Positions 11,786 to 22,854 of a stretch of 38,651 nucleotides of DNA are shown piece after piece. Source of the DNA: Octopus bimaculoides (Eukaryota); the NCBI RefSeq assembly GCF_001194135.2, contig NC_068983.1:25879379-25918029 (forward strand), written 5' to 3'. The notes under the pieces were generated by a model, which was not told the origin of the DNA, searched no databases, and saw nothing but the letters and a program-made list of their open reading frames with translations. Numbering within the stretch: the stretch's first letter is position 1; every line of letters starts with the position of its first letter. The translations under genes were made by a program, and so were the position numbers.

Positions 11786-11960
11786 AGTTTCAAAATTTGG
11801 TACATGGTCCTTAGTACTGAACTCGTAGTCATTTTATCGATCCTGAGGAAGATTAAAAGTACAGTGGACATAGGGAGAATTAGAACTCAGAACGTAAAAA
11901 CGGACGAAATGACACTAGGCAGTTTACCCTGTGCTATAACCATCTACCGACCGGTCGTCT
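11786..11960 (-). mobile_element. SINE family 1, diverged copy
   Basis: TTTTATCGATCC, AGAACTCAGAACGTAAAAACGGACGAAAT and a head remnant match the reverse complement of the family. Confidence 0.65.
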
Positions 11961-12107
11961 TATATATATATATGCATATTAATAACCAAATGCCAATTAC
12001 AAATATCTATCTATATCAATTTAAAATATCTCTACATCATTTGTATATATATTTATAAATTATTAAGGTGGCTTTTCGCAATTTACAACCAAAATGCAAC
12101 AAATATA

Positions 12108-12258
12108 GTCGTCACTGAAGTGGTGGAGGGCGTCAGTTCGCATCAGATTTACTTGGCAACCTTGTCAGTCGTTAGAAAAGTGGACTCACGTGTCTAAAAG
12201 TCGTTTTCGCTCTTATTTGCTAGTGCTGAATAGAAGCCACCGTAACTTTAGTGACGAT
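12108..12258. mobile_element. Small MITE with ~20-bp imperfect TIRs, TA-flanked
   Basis: Left TCGTCACTGAAGT-GGTGG versus reverse complement of right TCGTCACTAAAGTTACGGTGG; TA at 12106-12107 and 12259-12260. Confidence 0.65.
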
Positions 12259-12684
12259 TACATTAATATACATACAAATATGTGTGTATGAGTGTGTGTG
12301 TGCGTGTGTGTGTGTGTGCGTGTGTGTGTGTGTGTGTATGTGTGTGTAATGTGTTATATCATTTATTCACTCTTATTTTCATAACAGGCGTCCAGTCTAT
12401 ATTAAGCCTTCTTAATGATATTTGGAGTACATTTACCAAACAAAGGACAAATTATGCGGCTACTTGGGTATTACATCTTTTCATAGATGAGACTACTTAT
12501 GTCTGTCGCGTTACATTTGAGGCTAAACAGCATATTTAAAAACCAATAGCAATCACAATTACGATAGAAGCAACAACAATAACGACAATAGCAATGAAAA
12601 CTGAGGCAACTGGGCCCCTACATACCGTACACAAACACACACGCACACACACACACACACAAACACACACACGCACACACACAT

Positions 12685-12724
<40 letters not shown>

Positions 12725-13842
12725 CATNNNNNNNNNNNNNNNNNNNNNNNNNNNNNNNNNNNNNNNNNNNNNNNNNNNNNNNNNNNNNNNNNNNNNNNNN
12801 NNNNNNNNNNNNNNNNNNNNNNNNNNNNNNNNNNNNNNNNNNNNNNNNNNNNNNNNNNNNNNNNNNNNNNNNNNNNNNNNNNNNNNNNNNNNNNNNNNNN
12901 NNNNNNNNNNNNNNNNNNNNNNNNNNNNNNNNNNNNNNNNNNNNNNNNNNNNNNNNNNNNNNNNNNNNNNNNNNNNNNNNNNNNNNNNNNNNNNNNNNNN
13001 NNNNNNNNNNNNNNNNNNNNNNNNNNNNNNNNNNNNNNNNNNNNNNNNNNNNNNNNNNNNNNNNNNNNNNNNNNNNNNNNNNNNNNNNNNNNNNNNNNNN
13101 NNNNNNNNNNNNNNNNNNNNNNNNNNNNNNNNNNNNNNNNNNNNNNNNNNNNNNNNNNNNNNNNNNNNNNNNNNNNNNNNNNNNNNNNNNNNNNNNNNNN
13201 NNNNNNNNNNNNNNNNNNNNNNNNNNNNNNNNNNNNNNNNNNNNNNNNNNNNNNNNNNNNNNNNNNNNNNNNNNNNNNNNNNNNNNNNNNNNNNNNNNNN
13301 NNNNNNNNNNNNNNNNNNNNNNNNNNNNNNNNNNNNNNNNNNNNNNNNNNNNNNNNNNNNNNNNNNNNNNNNNNNNNNNNNNNNNNNNNNNNNNNNNNNN
13401 NNNNNNNNNNNNNNNNNNNNNNNNNNNNNNNNNNNNNNNNNNNNNGATTAGGGTAAGAAGACGGTAATAAAACCTATGATGTCAATACAGAGGAAAGTTT
13501 ATCATGGGATACTATGGGTGATTGTTTATAAACAATATTATGGTATATAATGTTAAGATGTCAGATTATCTTAACCAAAATAGCTAAAATGTGTGTATAT
13601 ATCAATTTTCAACGTTAAAAAGGAAAGATTACATAGAATCAGTTTAATATTCATTCATGTACTTAATTATTTGCTTATAAGGTGGTTTCTATAAAGACTG
13701 CTCATGGCGTTTACTTATGGAATACGGAGAAGATAAACATGTTATCTATATATTAATTATAAGCCAATAATCAGAAAAAAATATAGATGTGTACAGATAC
13801 ACCCACATATTTATCTATGTGCACACACGCACACGTACACAA

Positions 13843-14179
13843 ATATTTATACGTTTATATGGATATAGTATAGACTTAAGTAACTAAAAAGTATCTATTT
13901 ACCAACAAGAAATATAACAATTTATAAGGGATACGAGGTTGATAGCTTATGCACATAGACTTAAGTAACTAGAAAGTATGTATTTACTAACAAGAAATAT
14001 AACAATTCATAAGGCAAAAGAGGTTAATAGGTTATGCACATATATGCATATATACACATATACATATATTTATACGTTTATATGGATATAGTATAACCAT
14101 CTCGCATAGACATGATTGCTGGAAAATCTCTATTTTAGAACAGTAACAACTATAAGTGATAAGAGGTTAATAGGTAAGG
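13843..14179. repeat. 85-bp tandem units (13871-13955, 13956-14040, degenerate third at ~14108-14179) plus an exact 30-bp direct repeat (13843-13872 and 14066-14095)
   Basis: Direct alignment within the window. Confidence 0.85.
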
Positions 14180-14244
14180 ATATCAAAATAAGAAAACAAA
14201 ATAATAAGTATTTACAGAAAATGATAAGAAATATCTATTATTAA

Positions 14245-14700
14245 TCAGGTTGTTCTTGTCCCTATACTTAAAAAAATCTCATAAGTTTCCATACAGCACA
14301 GCTCACACCCGTATCGACTACCTCTATAAGGCTGCACTTTCCGTATTATATCCCATTTAAGTATAAATTCGATCCCGATTTCCTTCAGTTCCCAAATCTT
14401 GCTACAAATGGACGTACAATTGGCTTTATATTTGAGTCTAAAAGGTGAAATATGGTTATTGATACGTTTTTTCATATTTATCGAACATCCTATATATATA
14501 AAGTTACCAGCCTCAGTTATGATTGTACATTTATAAATTACGTTTTGATTTAGACATCGGCCTAATAACGGACAGTGAGATTTAACTCTACAATTGCAAC
14601 CAGGGGGCATTACTACTATTAATATTATTGATATTCATCATCATCATCACCATCATCATCATCGTCGCCGTCATCGTCATCTTCATCCTCATCAACATCA

Positions 14701-14738
<38 letters not shown>

Positions 14739-14739
14739 G

Positions 14740-14777
<38 letters not shown>

Positions 14778-14861
14778 GTTATTATTATTATTATTGTTAT
14801 TATTGNNNNNNNNNNATTATTATTGTTATTATTGTTATTATTATTGTTATTATTGTTATTA

Positions 14862-14897
<36 letters not shown>

Positions 14898-15600
14898 CTA
14901 CTACTACTATCGCGTGCTTTATTTATATTTCTGTTATAATCTATACTTTTGTCATCAGTAGCATCATTCATATACATCTTAGCATCAACAGGCATTGCGT
15001 CAGTAATCTCTGTGCTAGTATAAACCGCGGAGATACAGTTTATATTGTACATATTAGATGTTGTACTGTTATTTCTAATTCCTACATAACCATTAATAGT
15101 ATTCTCATTGTAGGAATTTAAGCTAATGGTGACAGTAATATTTATTATTAACCCCTCTTGCCGATTTTATATTCTCTCTATTTAACCTTGCTATGATGGT
15201 ACCCATATTGGGGAGGGTGGAATAAAAGATTCTAACTGTCATAGGTGAAACAATTCCGTTACATCTATGGAGAACAGGGATGTTTTTTACTAAAATTGCC
15301 ATAAATTTCTTATATATGTTTGTGGATATGGCACAGTTGAAGGGAACATTATACCAGATCAAATTATTATTTTCAGACGTCTTAAGTATGTAAAGGCGCA
15401 ATCTACCTGCTTTTCCAACGCCTCCCAAAGTAGTGACTTGATAAATAGGTACGGCCATATTACCAGTATTTTCTTATCATTCGTGGGTTGCATAATCCGC
15501 CCAGTCGCCTCACTACTTTTATCATAAAAACTAATATTCCTACTGGTTATAGCATCTAATTTTCTATTGTTACTTATCTTTTTATTTAACATATATGTAC
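14245..15600 (-). mobile_element. Penelope-like element relic: post-RT linker plus GIY-YIG endonuclease
   Basis: 14245-14610 has GCNCRVKSHCPLLGRCLNQNVIYKC...IYIGCS...KKRINNH...SKIWELK...CELC (PLE GIY-YIG). 15123-15458 has LIWYNVPFNCAISTNIYKKF...TVRIFYSTLPNMGTII (typical PLE WFNPPF..SYSCMPN linker). Frameshifted. Confidence 0.88.
14632..14910. repeat. (CAT/CGT)n then (ATT/GTT)n arrays inside the Penelope linker, with a 10-N gap
   Basis: Directly visible. Confidence 0.95.
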
Positions 15601-15994
15601 AGAGGAATCGCATATATATGCATAGAGGAATCCCATATATATATATATATANNNNNNNNNNNNNNNNNNNNNNNNNNNNNNNNNNNNNNNNNNNNNNNNN
15701 NNNNNNNNNNNNNNNNNNNNNNNNNNNNNNNNNNNNNNNNNNNNNNNNNNNNNNNNNNNNNNNNNNNNNNNNNNNNNNNNNNNNNNNNNNNNNNNNNNNN
15801 NNNNNNNNNNNNNNNNNNNNNNNNNNNNNNNNNNNNNNNNNNNNNNNNNNNNNNNNNNNNNNNNNNNNNNNNNNNNNNNNNNNNNNNNNNNNNNNNNNNN
15901 NNNNNNNNNNNNNNNNNNNTTTACTATTAAAAACCATGTGCCCAGTAACACATAAATATACATACACAACCTGACAGGCACACATACATACACG

Positions 15995-15997
<3 letters not shown>

Positions 15998-16060
<63 letters not shown>
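15998..16060. repeat. (CA)n microsatellite
   Basis: Directly visible. Confidence 0.95.
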
Positions 16061-16061
<1 letters not shown>

Positions 16062-17938
16062 TGCACAGATGGGATTCATGAAAATCTCTGCATACTTATG
16101 CGTATGGGTCTATAATTGTTGAGTGTGATAGATACATAGATATAGATGAGTACAGATATATCTTCGTGATGTTCTTGTATTTTATCAATGCCATTCAATG
16201 ATTCATTGAAACCAGAGTTGAGTTAGCATATTCACAAACTTCGAAATTAATCTCACTGAGTTACATATTCTATATATTCTGTACAATGATGTCAAATAGA
16301 AGAAAAAAAGGGAAAGCATTAAAATGTCACCAATTTCAGTCTGAGAGTGAATAAAAGAAGATGTGAAAGAACTCTTTGAAGAACGAAATGAAAATATTAT
16401 TGAATCAAAGGCATATTATTGATTTTTTTTTCTCCCGATGCACAGACATTATACATTATATTCGATATAAAACTGCAAACCAAATTTTGGGTTATGGCTT
16501 TCCTGCCACTATGAAAAAAAAAGGATATTCTAATTCATATAGAACATGGAAATTATACAAAGGAAAGAAGTTTATAGCAATGTTACATTATAATACTCTT
16601 TGTTCCTAAAATAGGCTCAATGTCTGATATAAGATGTTCTTATTATCTTACTTTGTCGCCGAATTTATGAATTGTATTAGAGAAAGTTACAACAATGCTA
16701 TCAATATTTTTTAAAACTCAATAATTTAAATAAAAATGTTTATTAGTATGTTTATTGTAATAACATTACTTCTAATGCAGGAAGATATTTATTTCTCTTA
16801 CCGTACTTAATGAACCTTTGGTTGTTTTACAAGTCAATTGTTAGAAAGTAATTTTAAATTCTTCAAAGAGCGTAATGAAATTTCCTTATCAAACAAGTCT
16901 AGGCTACTTTTGAGATTATATAGTCTGACACTTATGGTCTCTTATGATTTTACACATTATGTATATTTCTACCTATATTAACTACATGCTGATTATATAT
17001 CTCAAACTTTAGAAAACTTAGTTTTAGTCGTCTCAGTCTTTCAAAGTGAACTCCTTTTTAGTTTATAACTGAATGTTTTTCTGTATTATTGCTCTTCAGC
17101 TTTCTTTAGTATCAGATAATAAAATTGTCTTCAATCTGTGGCAAGGAAATTACTTCTGGGTAAAGATTTTGAGGAATGAAACTGCTATAAACGACATACA
17201 TCTATTACAGGCGTTGGTAATTTTCCTTCAGCTAAGTTAAACTTCGGCAACACGAATGTAAAACACTTCATGGTGTCATTATGAACATCTTTCAACGTTT
17301 TTATTGATATTTTTCTACATTATATATTTAAATATGACATTACTTTTAAGCAAAATTGGATTCTATCGTATGTGGCATGAAGCACACTTATTTTTGATAC
17401 AACGTCAATTCAAGGCAGCCCTTCATTAACAGTGCTTATCAAATCCAATAATAAATGTACTTTCAAGATTCCTTGTTTTCTAGAAATAAACTTACGAGAC
17501 ATTTTCAGGCATATTCACACATTTGCATACATTTGCCAACGTTAAAACTAAATATATTAGGAAATAAAGGCAAATTTTCAATATTCAATATATGATACAA
17601 CGTGGAAAATACTACATGAATATTGTATGGAATTAGAATAATTAGGATTGGTGTGTATGATTATATTGAAAACTATATCACAAAAACGGCAGAGAATATG
17701 AATTATTCAAGTACCATTGTAAAACCGCCATTCCTACTGAATAATATAGTGAAAATAACATTTCAAAAATTAATGCAATACAACATATCGAGCCTTCAAT
17801 GTGCATACTAAAGATCCAATATTTTGACAGGAGAAAATATAATTACATATTCAGTGTGAATGAAAGCTTCCTCGCACATTAGTAGTGCACTTTAGATAAC
17901 GTATAAAACACTGATGCGTGCACCATGTTAATTGTACA

Positions 17939-17940
17939 TA

Positions 17941-17999
<59 letters not shown>

Positions 18000-18069
18000 C
18001 GCTATCACTACCACCACCACCACCACCACCACCACCACCACCATCACCACCACGACCACCACTACTAAT
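17939..18069. repeat. (ACT)n to (ACC)n compound microsatellite ending at a gap
   Basis: Directly visible. Confidence 0.95.
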
Positions 18070-18590
18070 NNNNNNNNNNNNNNNNNNNNNNNNNNNNNNN
18101 NNNNNNNNNNNNNNNNNNNNNNNNNNNNNNNNNNNNNNNNNNNNNNNNNNNNNNNNNNNNNNNNNNNNNNNNNNNNNNNNNNNNNNNNNNNNNNNNNNNN
18201 NNNNNNNNNNNNNNNNNNNNNNNNNNNNNNNNNNNNNNNNNNNNNNNNNNNNNNNNNNNNNNNNNNNNNNNNNNNNNNNNNNNNNNNNNNNNNNNNNNNN
18301 NNNNNNNNNNNNNNNNNNNNNNNNNNNNNNNNNNNNNNNNNNNNNNNNNNNNNNNNNNNNNNNNNNNNNNNNNNNNNNNNNNNNNNNNNNNNNNNNNNNN
18401 NNNNNNNNNNNNNNNNNNNNNNNNNNNNNNNNNNNNNNNNNNNNNNNNNNNNNNNNNNNNNNNNNNNNNNNNNNNNNNNNNNNNNNNNNNNNNNNNNNNN
18501 NNNNNNNNNNNNNNNNNNNNNNNNNNNNNNNNNNNNNNNNNNNNNNNNNNNNNNNNNNNNNNNNNNNNNNNNNNNNNNNNNNNNNNNNNT

Positions 18591-18837
18591 CTCGGGGATA
18601 TTCAGCGTGACAAGGTTGACCCTTTGAATTACAGGCACAACAGAAACAAGAAGTAAAAGTGAGAGAAAGTTGTGGTGAAAGAATACAGCGGGGTTCGTCA
18701 GCATCCCTTGCCGGAGCCTCGTGGAGCTTTAGGTGTTTTCGCTCAATAAACACTCACAACGCCCGGTCTGGGAATCGAAACCGCGATCGTATGACCGCGA
18801 GTCCACTGCCCTAACCACTGGGCCATTGCGCTTCCAC
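18591..18837 (-). mobile_element. tRNA-derived SINE family 3, 5' part (3' part lost in the gap)
   Basis: Minus strand begins GTGGAAGCGCAATGGCCCAGTGGTTAGGGCAGTGGACTCGCGGTC with A box TGGCCCAGTGG and B box GGTTTCGATTCC, followed by a non-tRNA body. Confidence 0.8.
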
Positions 18838-19544
18838 GCGCAAAAGATAGTGTTCTCATAATAAGCAGTAATGCGATAAATGAAATAAATGAGTATATGG
18901 AAAAGGAAAAAAAAACGATAGAAAACAAAATGAGACAACACTTTCTGTATGCAGAGAACAACTGACACTATCTTTTATGCATTATCTTTTTCATATTACA
19001 TGTGATTATTTCAAGCAAAAAGTATTGTTTTAATAATTGGCAATGTGTGAATAAAGAAGAAACACTTTGTGTTTAAGATAAGTGAAATAAATATATACGC
19101 CATTCTTAAATCTTATAAAAGAAACAACTTTTTCAATACATTCAGAATGGAAATAGATTCTGAAGCTAAAATCATCCTTAGCGCTAATTATCCACAAATC
19201 AATTATCACCATTACTATATTTGGCCACAGCAAATATACAACGACCAGAGTTAGGCTGTGTAATGGTATTTGTAAGGTGAGCTGAAGAGAAGTTTAATTC
19301 AGGAATATCATGAAACATTGTTTCCAAATCGATACCTTTTGAAAAAAGCTTTCAAAAAAACCCAGCCCACTTTCGGAATTTTAAAAGAATTAATCGATAA
19401 ATCTGAGGTCATGAATTCTGAAATATTATTTCAACTTAGTACTATATCCGATGTACACTTGTACTTTTGGAGATTTATGCTTTTTACAAGAAAACAATGT
19501 GGCGGAGCAAAATAAAATTTGAGAATTTATGTGGATTTATAACA

Positions 19545-19670
19545 TACGAGGGATTATTGAAAAGTTTCTGACTTAAAGGAAGTTACAAAAGGCCTGGTTG
19601 GGGGCCCAATCTTCGGAGTTCTTTAACATGGCATAGAAAACCTGAAGAACCTCTGAGAGGGAAATGAATA
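19545..19670 (+). mobile_element. Mariner-derived MITE, left part (interrupted by a SINE)
   Basis: Begins TA|CGAGGGATTATTGAAAAGTTTCTGACTT, a mariner-type terminus; continues at 20150. Confidence 0.55.
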
Positions 19671-19903
19671 CTCTCTCTCTCTCTCTCTCTTTCTTACTCT
19701 TTTATTTGTTTCAATCATTTGACTGCGGCCATGCTGAAGCACCGCGTTTAGTCGAGCAAATCGACCCCGGGACTTATTCTTTGTAAGTCTAGTACTTATT
19801 CTATCGGTTTCTTTTGCCGAACCGCTAGGTGACGGGGACATAAACACACCAGCATCGGTTGTCAAGCAATGCTAGGGGGACAAACACAGACACGCACACA
19901 CAT

Positions 19904-19961
<58 letters not shown>

Positions 19962-20149
19962 ATATATATATATATACACATATATACGACGGGCTTCTTT
20001 CAGTTTCAGTCTACCAAATCCACTCACAAGACTTTGGTCGGCCCGAGGCTATAGTAGAAGACACTTGCCCAAGATGCCACGCAGTGGGACGAAACCTGGA
20101 ACCATGTGGTTGGTAAGCAACTACTTACCACACAGCCACTCCTGCGCCT
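19671..20149 (-). mobile_element. SINE family 2, full length (tRNA head, internal (TA)(TG) microsatellite, GAGTAAA/(GA)n tail)
   Basis: Minus-strand head AGGCGCAGGAGTGGCTGTGTGGTAAG, B-box-like GGTTTCGTCCC, and TCTTGGGCAAGTG; co-linear with 24061-24467. Confidence 0.92.
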
Positions 20150-20207
20150 ACGTTGAATAAAATTATAATTAACTGATCCTCATGTATTTTATTTTACCCA
20201 AAGCCAG
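20150..20207 (+). mobile_element. Mariner-derived MITE, right part
   Basis: GTTGAATAAAA continues the left-part GAGAGGGAAAT (mariner-like GEYVE* end); terminal AAGCCAG is nearly the reverse complement of left CTGACTT. Confidence 0.45.
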
Positions 20208-21507
20208 CTTCATAAAAGTATAAAATCTTAAATTTGAAGTAGGGCAACTGGAAGAAATATTGAAGTAAAATTGTAAAACACTCAGATGAAAATCATTTTG
20301 AAAATTACCATTGAAAATCAAACAATTTTCAATACTAATCTTAGTATAATAAAAATTAAAACCAATCGTATCAAGTTGATGAAAGTAAGACCTGACTAAA
20401 CAAAATGTAAATAAAACAGAAAATAAACATGATACACAAATCGAATGAAAGATTGATATTTATATTTTATTTATGAAACTGAAAGGAAAATTCATGAAGA
20501 ATTAGAAAAAAGTAGGTACTTAAATTTATATTGTCAATAGCAACGAAATTACTGAAATCAGTAAATAATACACAAAGAGATTTGTGGACGGTTTTTCCTG
20601 CAGAACAATTAATCTGTATCGATTACGAAGTATCTAGATGACATGTGTTTTACTAAAGAGTGCGTGTGTGTGCGTGACAGAGCATAATACTGGATGGCAC
20701 ATGAACGTCAACAGAAATTCATGCATATGTACTCTGGCAAAATAGAACCAGCACTACATGGAAAATGGAAGAGGAATCAGGAGAGTGTGCTTATACATTT
20801 TTGGCCAAAAGTCCCCCGACAGTAAATCAAAATGCCATAAATACTATCTGTAATGTTGTATTGACTCGAATAGAAAAATGAATCGCTCAAGAAGGACTTC
20901 AGTTAAAAAAAAAAACATTTGTGATGTTTCGTATTTAGAAGGTGTTACTAAATTTATTCAGTTGTTAAACATAAATAAATCTTGCGATTAGTCTTCATTT
21001 ACCGTCAGGTGACTTTAGGCCAGCCCTGTTGTTATGTGAGCACGTTAGTATATCTGTATGTATGTATGTGTGCATGCATATACATGCATATATATATATA
21101 TATANNNNNNNNNNNNNNNNNNNNNNNNNNNNNNNNNNNNNNNNNNNNNNNNNNNNNNNNNNNNNNNNNNNNNNNNNNNNNNNNNNNNNNNNNNNNNNNN
21201 NNNNNNNNNNNNNNNNNNNNNNNNNNNNNNNNNNNNNNNNNNNNNNNNNNNNNNNNNNNNNNNNNNNNNNNNNNNNNNNNNNNNNNNNNNNNNNNNNNNN
21301 NNNNNNNNNNNNNNNNNNNNNNNNNNNNNNNNNNNNNNNNNNNNNNNNNNNNNNNNNNNNNNNNNNNNNNNNNNNNNNNNNNNNNNNNNNNNNNNNNNNN
21401 NNNNNNNNNNNNNNNNNNNNNNNNNNNNNNNNNNNNNNNNNNNNNNNNNNNNNNNNNNNNNNNNNNGTGTGTGTGTGTTTGTATATGTATGTATCTCTTT
21501 GTGTGTG

Positions 21508-21553
<46 letters not shown>

Positions 21554-22289
21554 TGTGTGTGTGGTTATCTACAATGCACCGCAATCAAGAAGTTTTCCGT
21601 GCACTAATAACTGAAAACCAGTCGAAAGTTCTGGGACTGATAAGGCTCTAATATTGAACCACCTTAAAAGTACCGATTGACAGCACTCAGTGAACTCTTT
21701 AACAGATCAAATCAACACTAGAATGACTACTGGAGAAAGGAGCATGAATTCTGCAAAGCAAATATACTGCAATACCCTCAAATAACAGGTCTGTTAGTTG
21801 CCATACAACAAAATAAAAGATGAAATATTCGCAAAAAAACAAAGTAAACAAAGACTGAAAATAGTACATAGTAACTATTGAGCCCATCGTTTTTGGCTGT
21901 CTAAGCCTTGCCAAATACAAGTGTATTCACAAACACTATATATAGAAACCGCTGGTTTGTTTATTTAGCAATATGTCGATTCTTCGGCGTGAGAGCGATC
22001 AAATAGTATGTACTTGTACCAAACAGGGTAGATGACAGATTTCTGTTCGCAATTGTCTGAGACATTTATTACCAGACTCAAGAGAATATCAACGCAAAGA
22101 ATCTAGATATAACTATGGGCTACCGGAATGAAATTATCCTCACACAGATAGTTACATGAATCTCCTGTAATTAAAACATCGCTCTTCTAATTAAAACATC
22201 GCCGTGAAAGTACAATGATTCTGAATTTAAATAGGCAGGAAATGCTGCATAAAAGTGAAACTAACATCAACACTAAGTATGAGAATAAA

Positions 22290-22640
22290 ATGGCAAAAAT
22301 GAAAATAGTTTTAAGAATGTTAAATCAATCACATTCACAGCTTTACATAAACGTCCAAGCTGTAGTCCTGCAAATAACAGAAATCCTTCGGACAAAAAAG
22401 CTTTCAGTTAAGTACCATATTTCAAGAAATAGACTCTCCGTACACAAAACATTACCTATATCATTATGACACAGGAAAAGATTATTTACCCAAAATATAA
22501 TCTGTAAATCCCCACCAAACACTGTAACAATCACAAACCGACACCAGCCAATTAGCGCAAACAAAAGCTGAATTCCATCCAGCAAAATGACACAAATTAC
22601 ATTGCTTATATTCTCCATAACAAACACACAAAATACTAAA
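22290..22640 (+). pseudogene. Possible highly decayed LINE AP-endonuclease fragment
   Basis: Frame-hopping MKIV..NVKSI, AVVLQITEIL (~PDI.CITETWL) and YHISRNR (~Y..FRKDR) on an A-rich strand; the match is weak. Confidence 0.28.
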
Positions 22641-22727
22641 ATAAGAAGACAAACAAAAATACTTATTCTAAAACAAAACAAATATGATGCAATATACAAA
22701 CTTAGTTCTATATCTCAAAAATAGAAT

Positions 22728-22854
22728 GCTGATCAGACACCTTGCCGAGCAAAAAAGTCGAAAATACGGAGATAGCACAAAACCGTCGAAAATATGGAAA
22801 TAGCTGATCAGACCTCTAACCGAGCAAGACCGTCGAAAATATGGAGATAGCACA
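22728..22854. repeat. Imperfect 75-bp-period duplication containing three GTCGAAAATAYGGARATAGC motifs
   Basis: GCTGATCAGAC at 22728 and 22803; the motif occurs at ~22757, 22785 and 22832. Confidence 0.85.

Noticed and set aside
18760-18837. tRNA gene on the minus strand
   Set aside because: A and B boxes are present but the acceptor and anticodon stems pair poorly and the sequence continues into a SINE body; the same applies to the heads at ~20080-20149 and ~24400-24467.
22168-22202. 15-bp direct repeat TAATTAAAACATCGC, and similar micro-duplications at ~27845 and ~15601
   Set aside because: Ordinary slippage duplications with nothing inserted that would make them TSDs.
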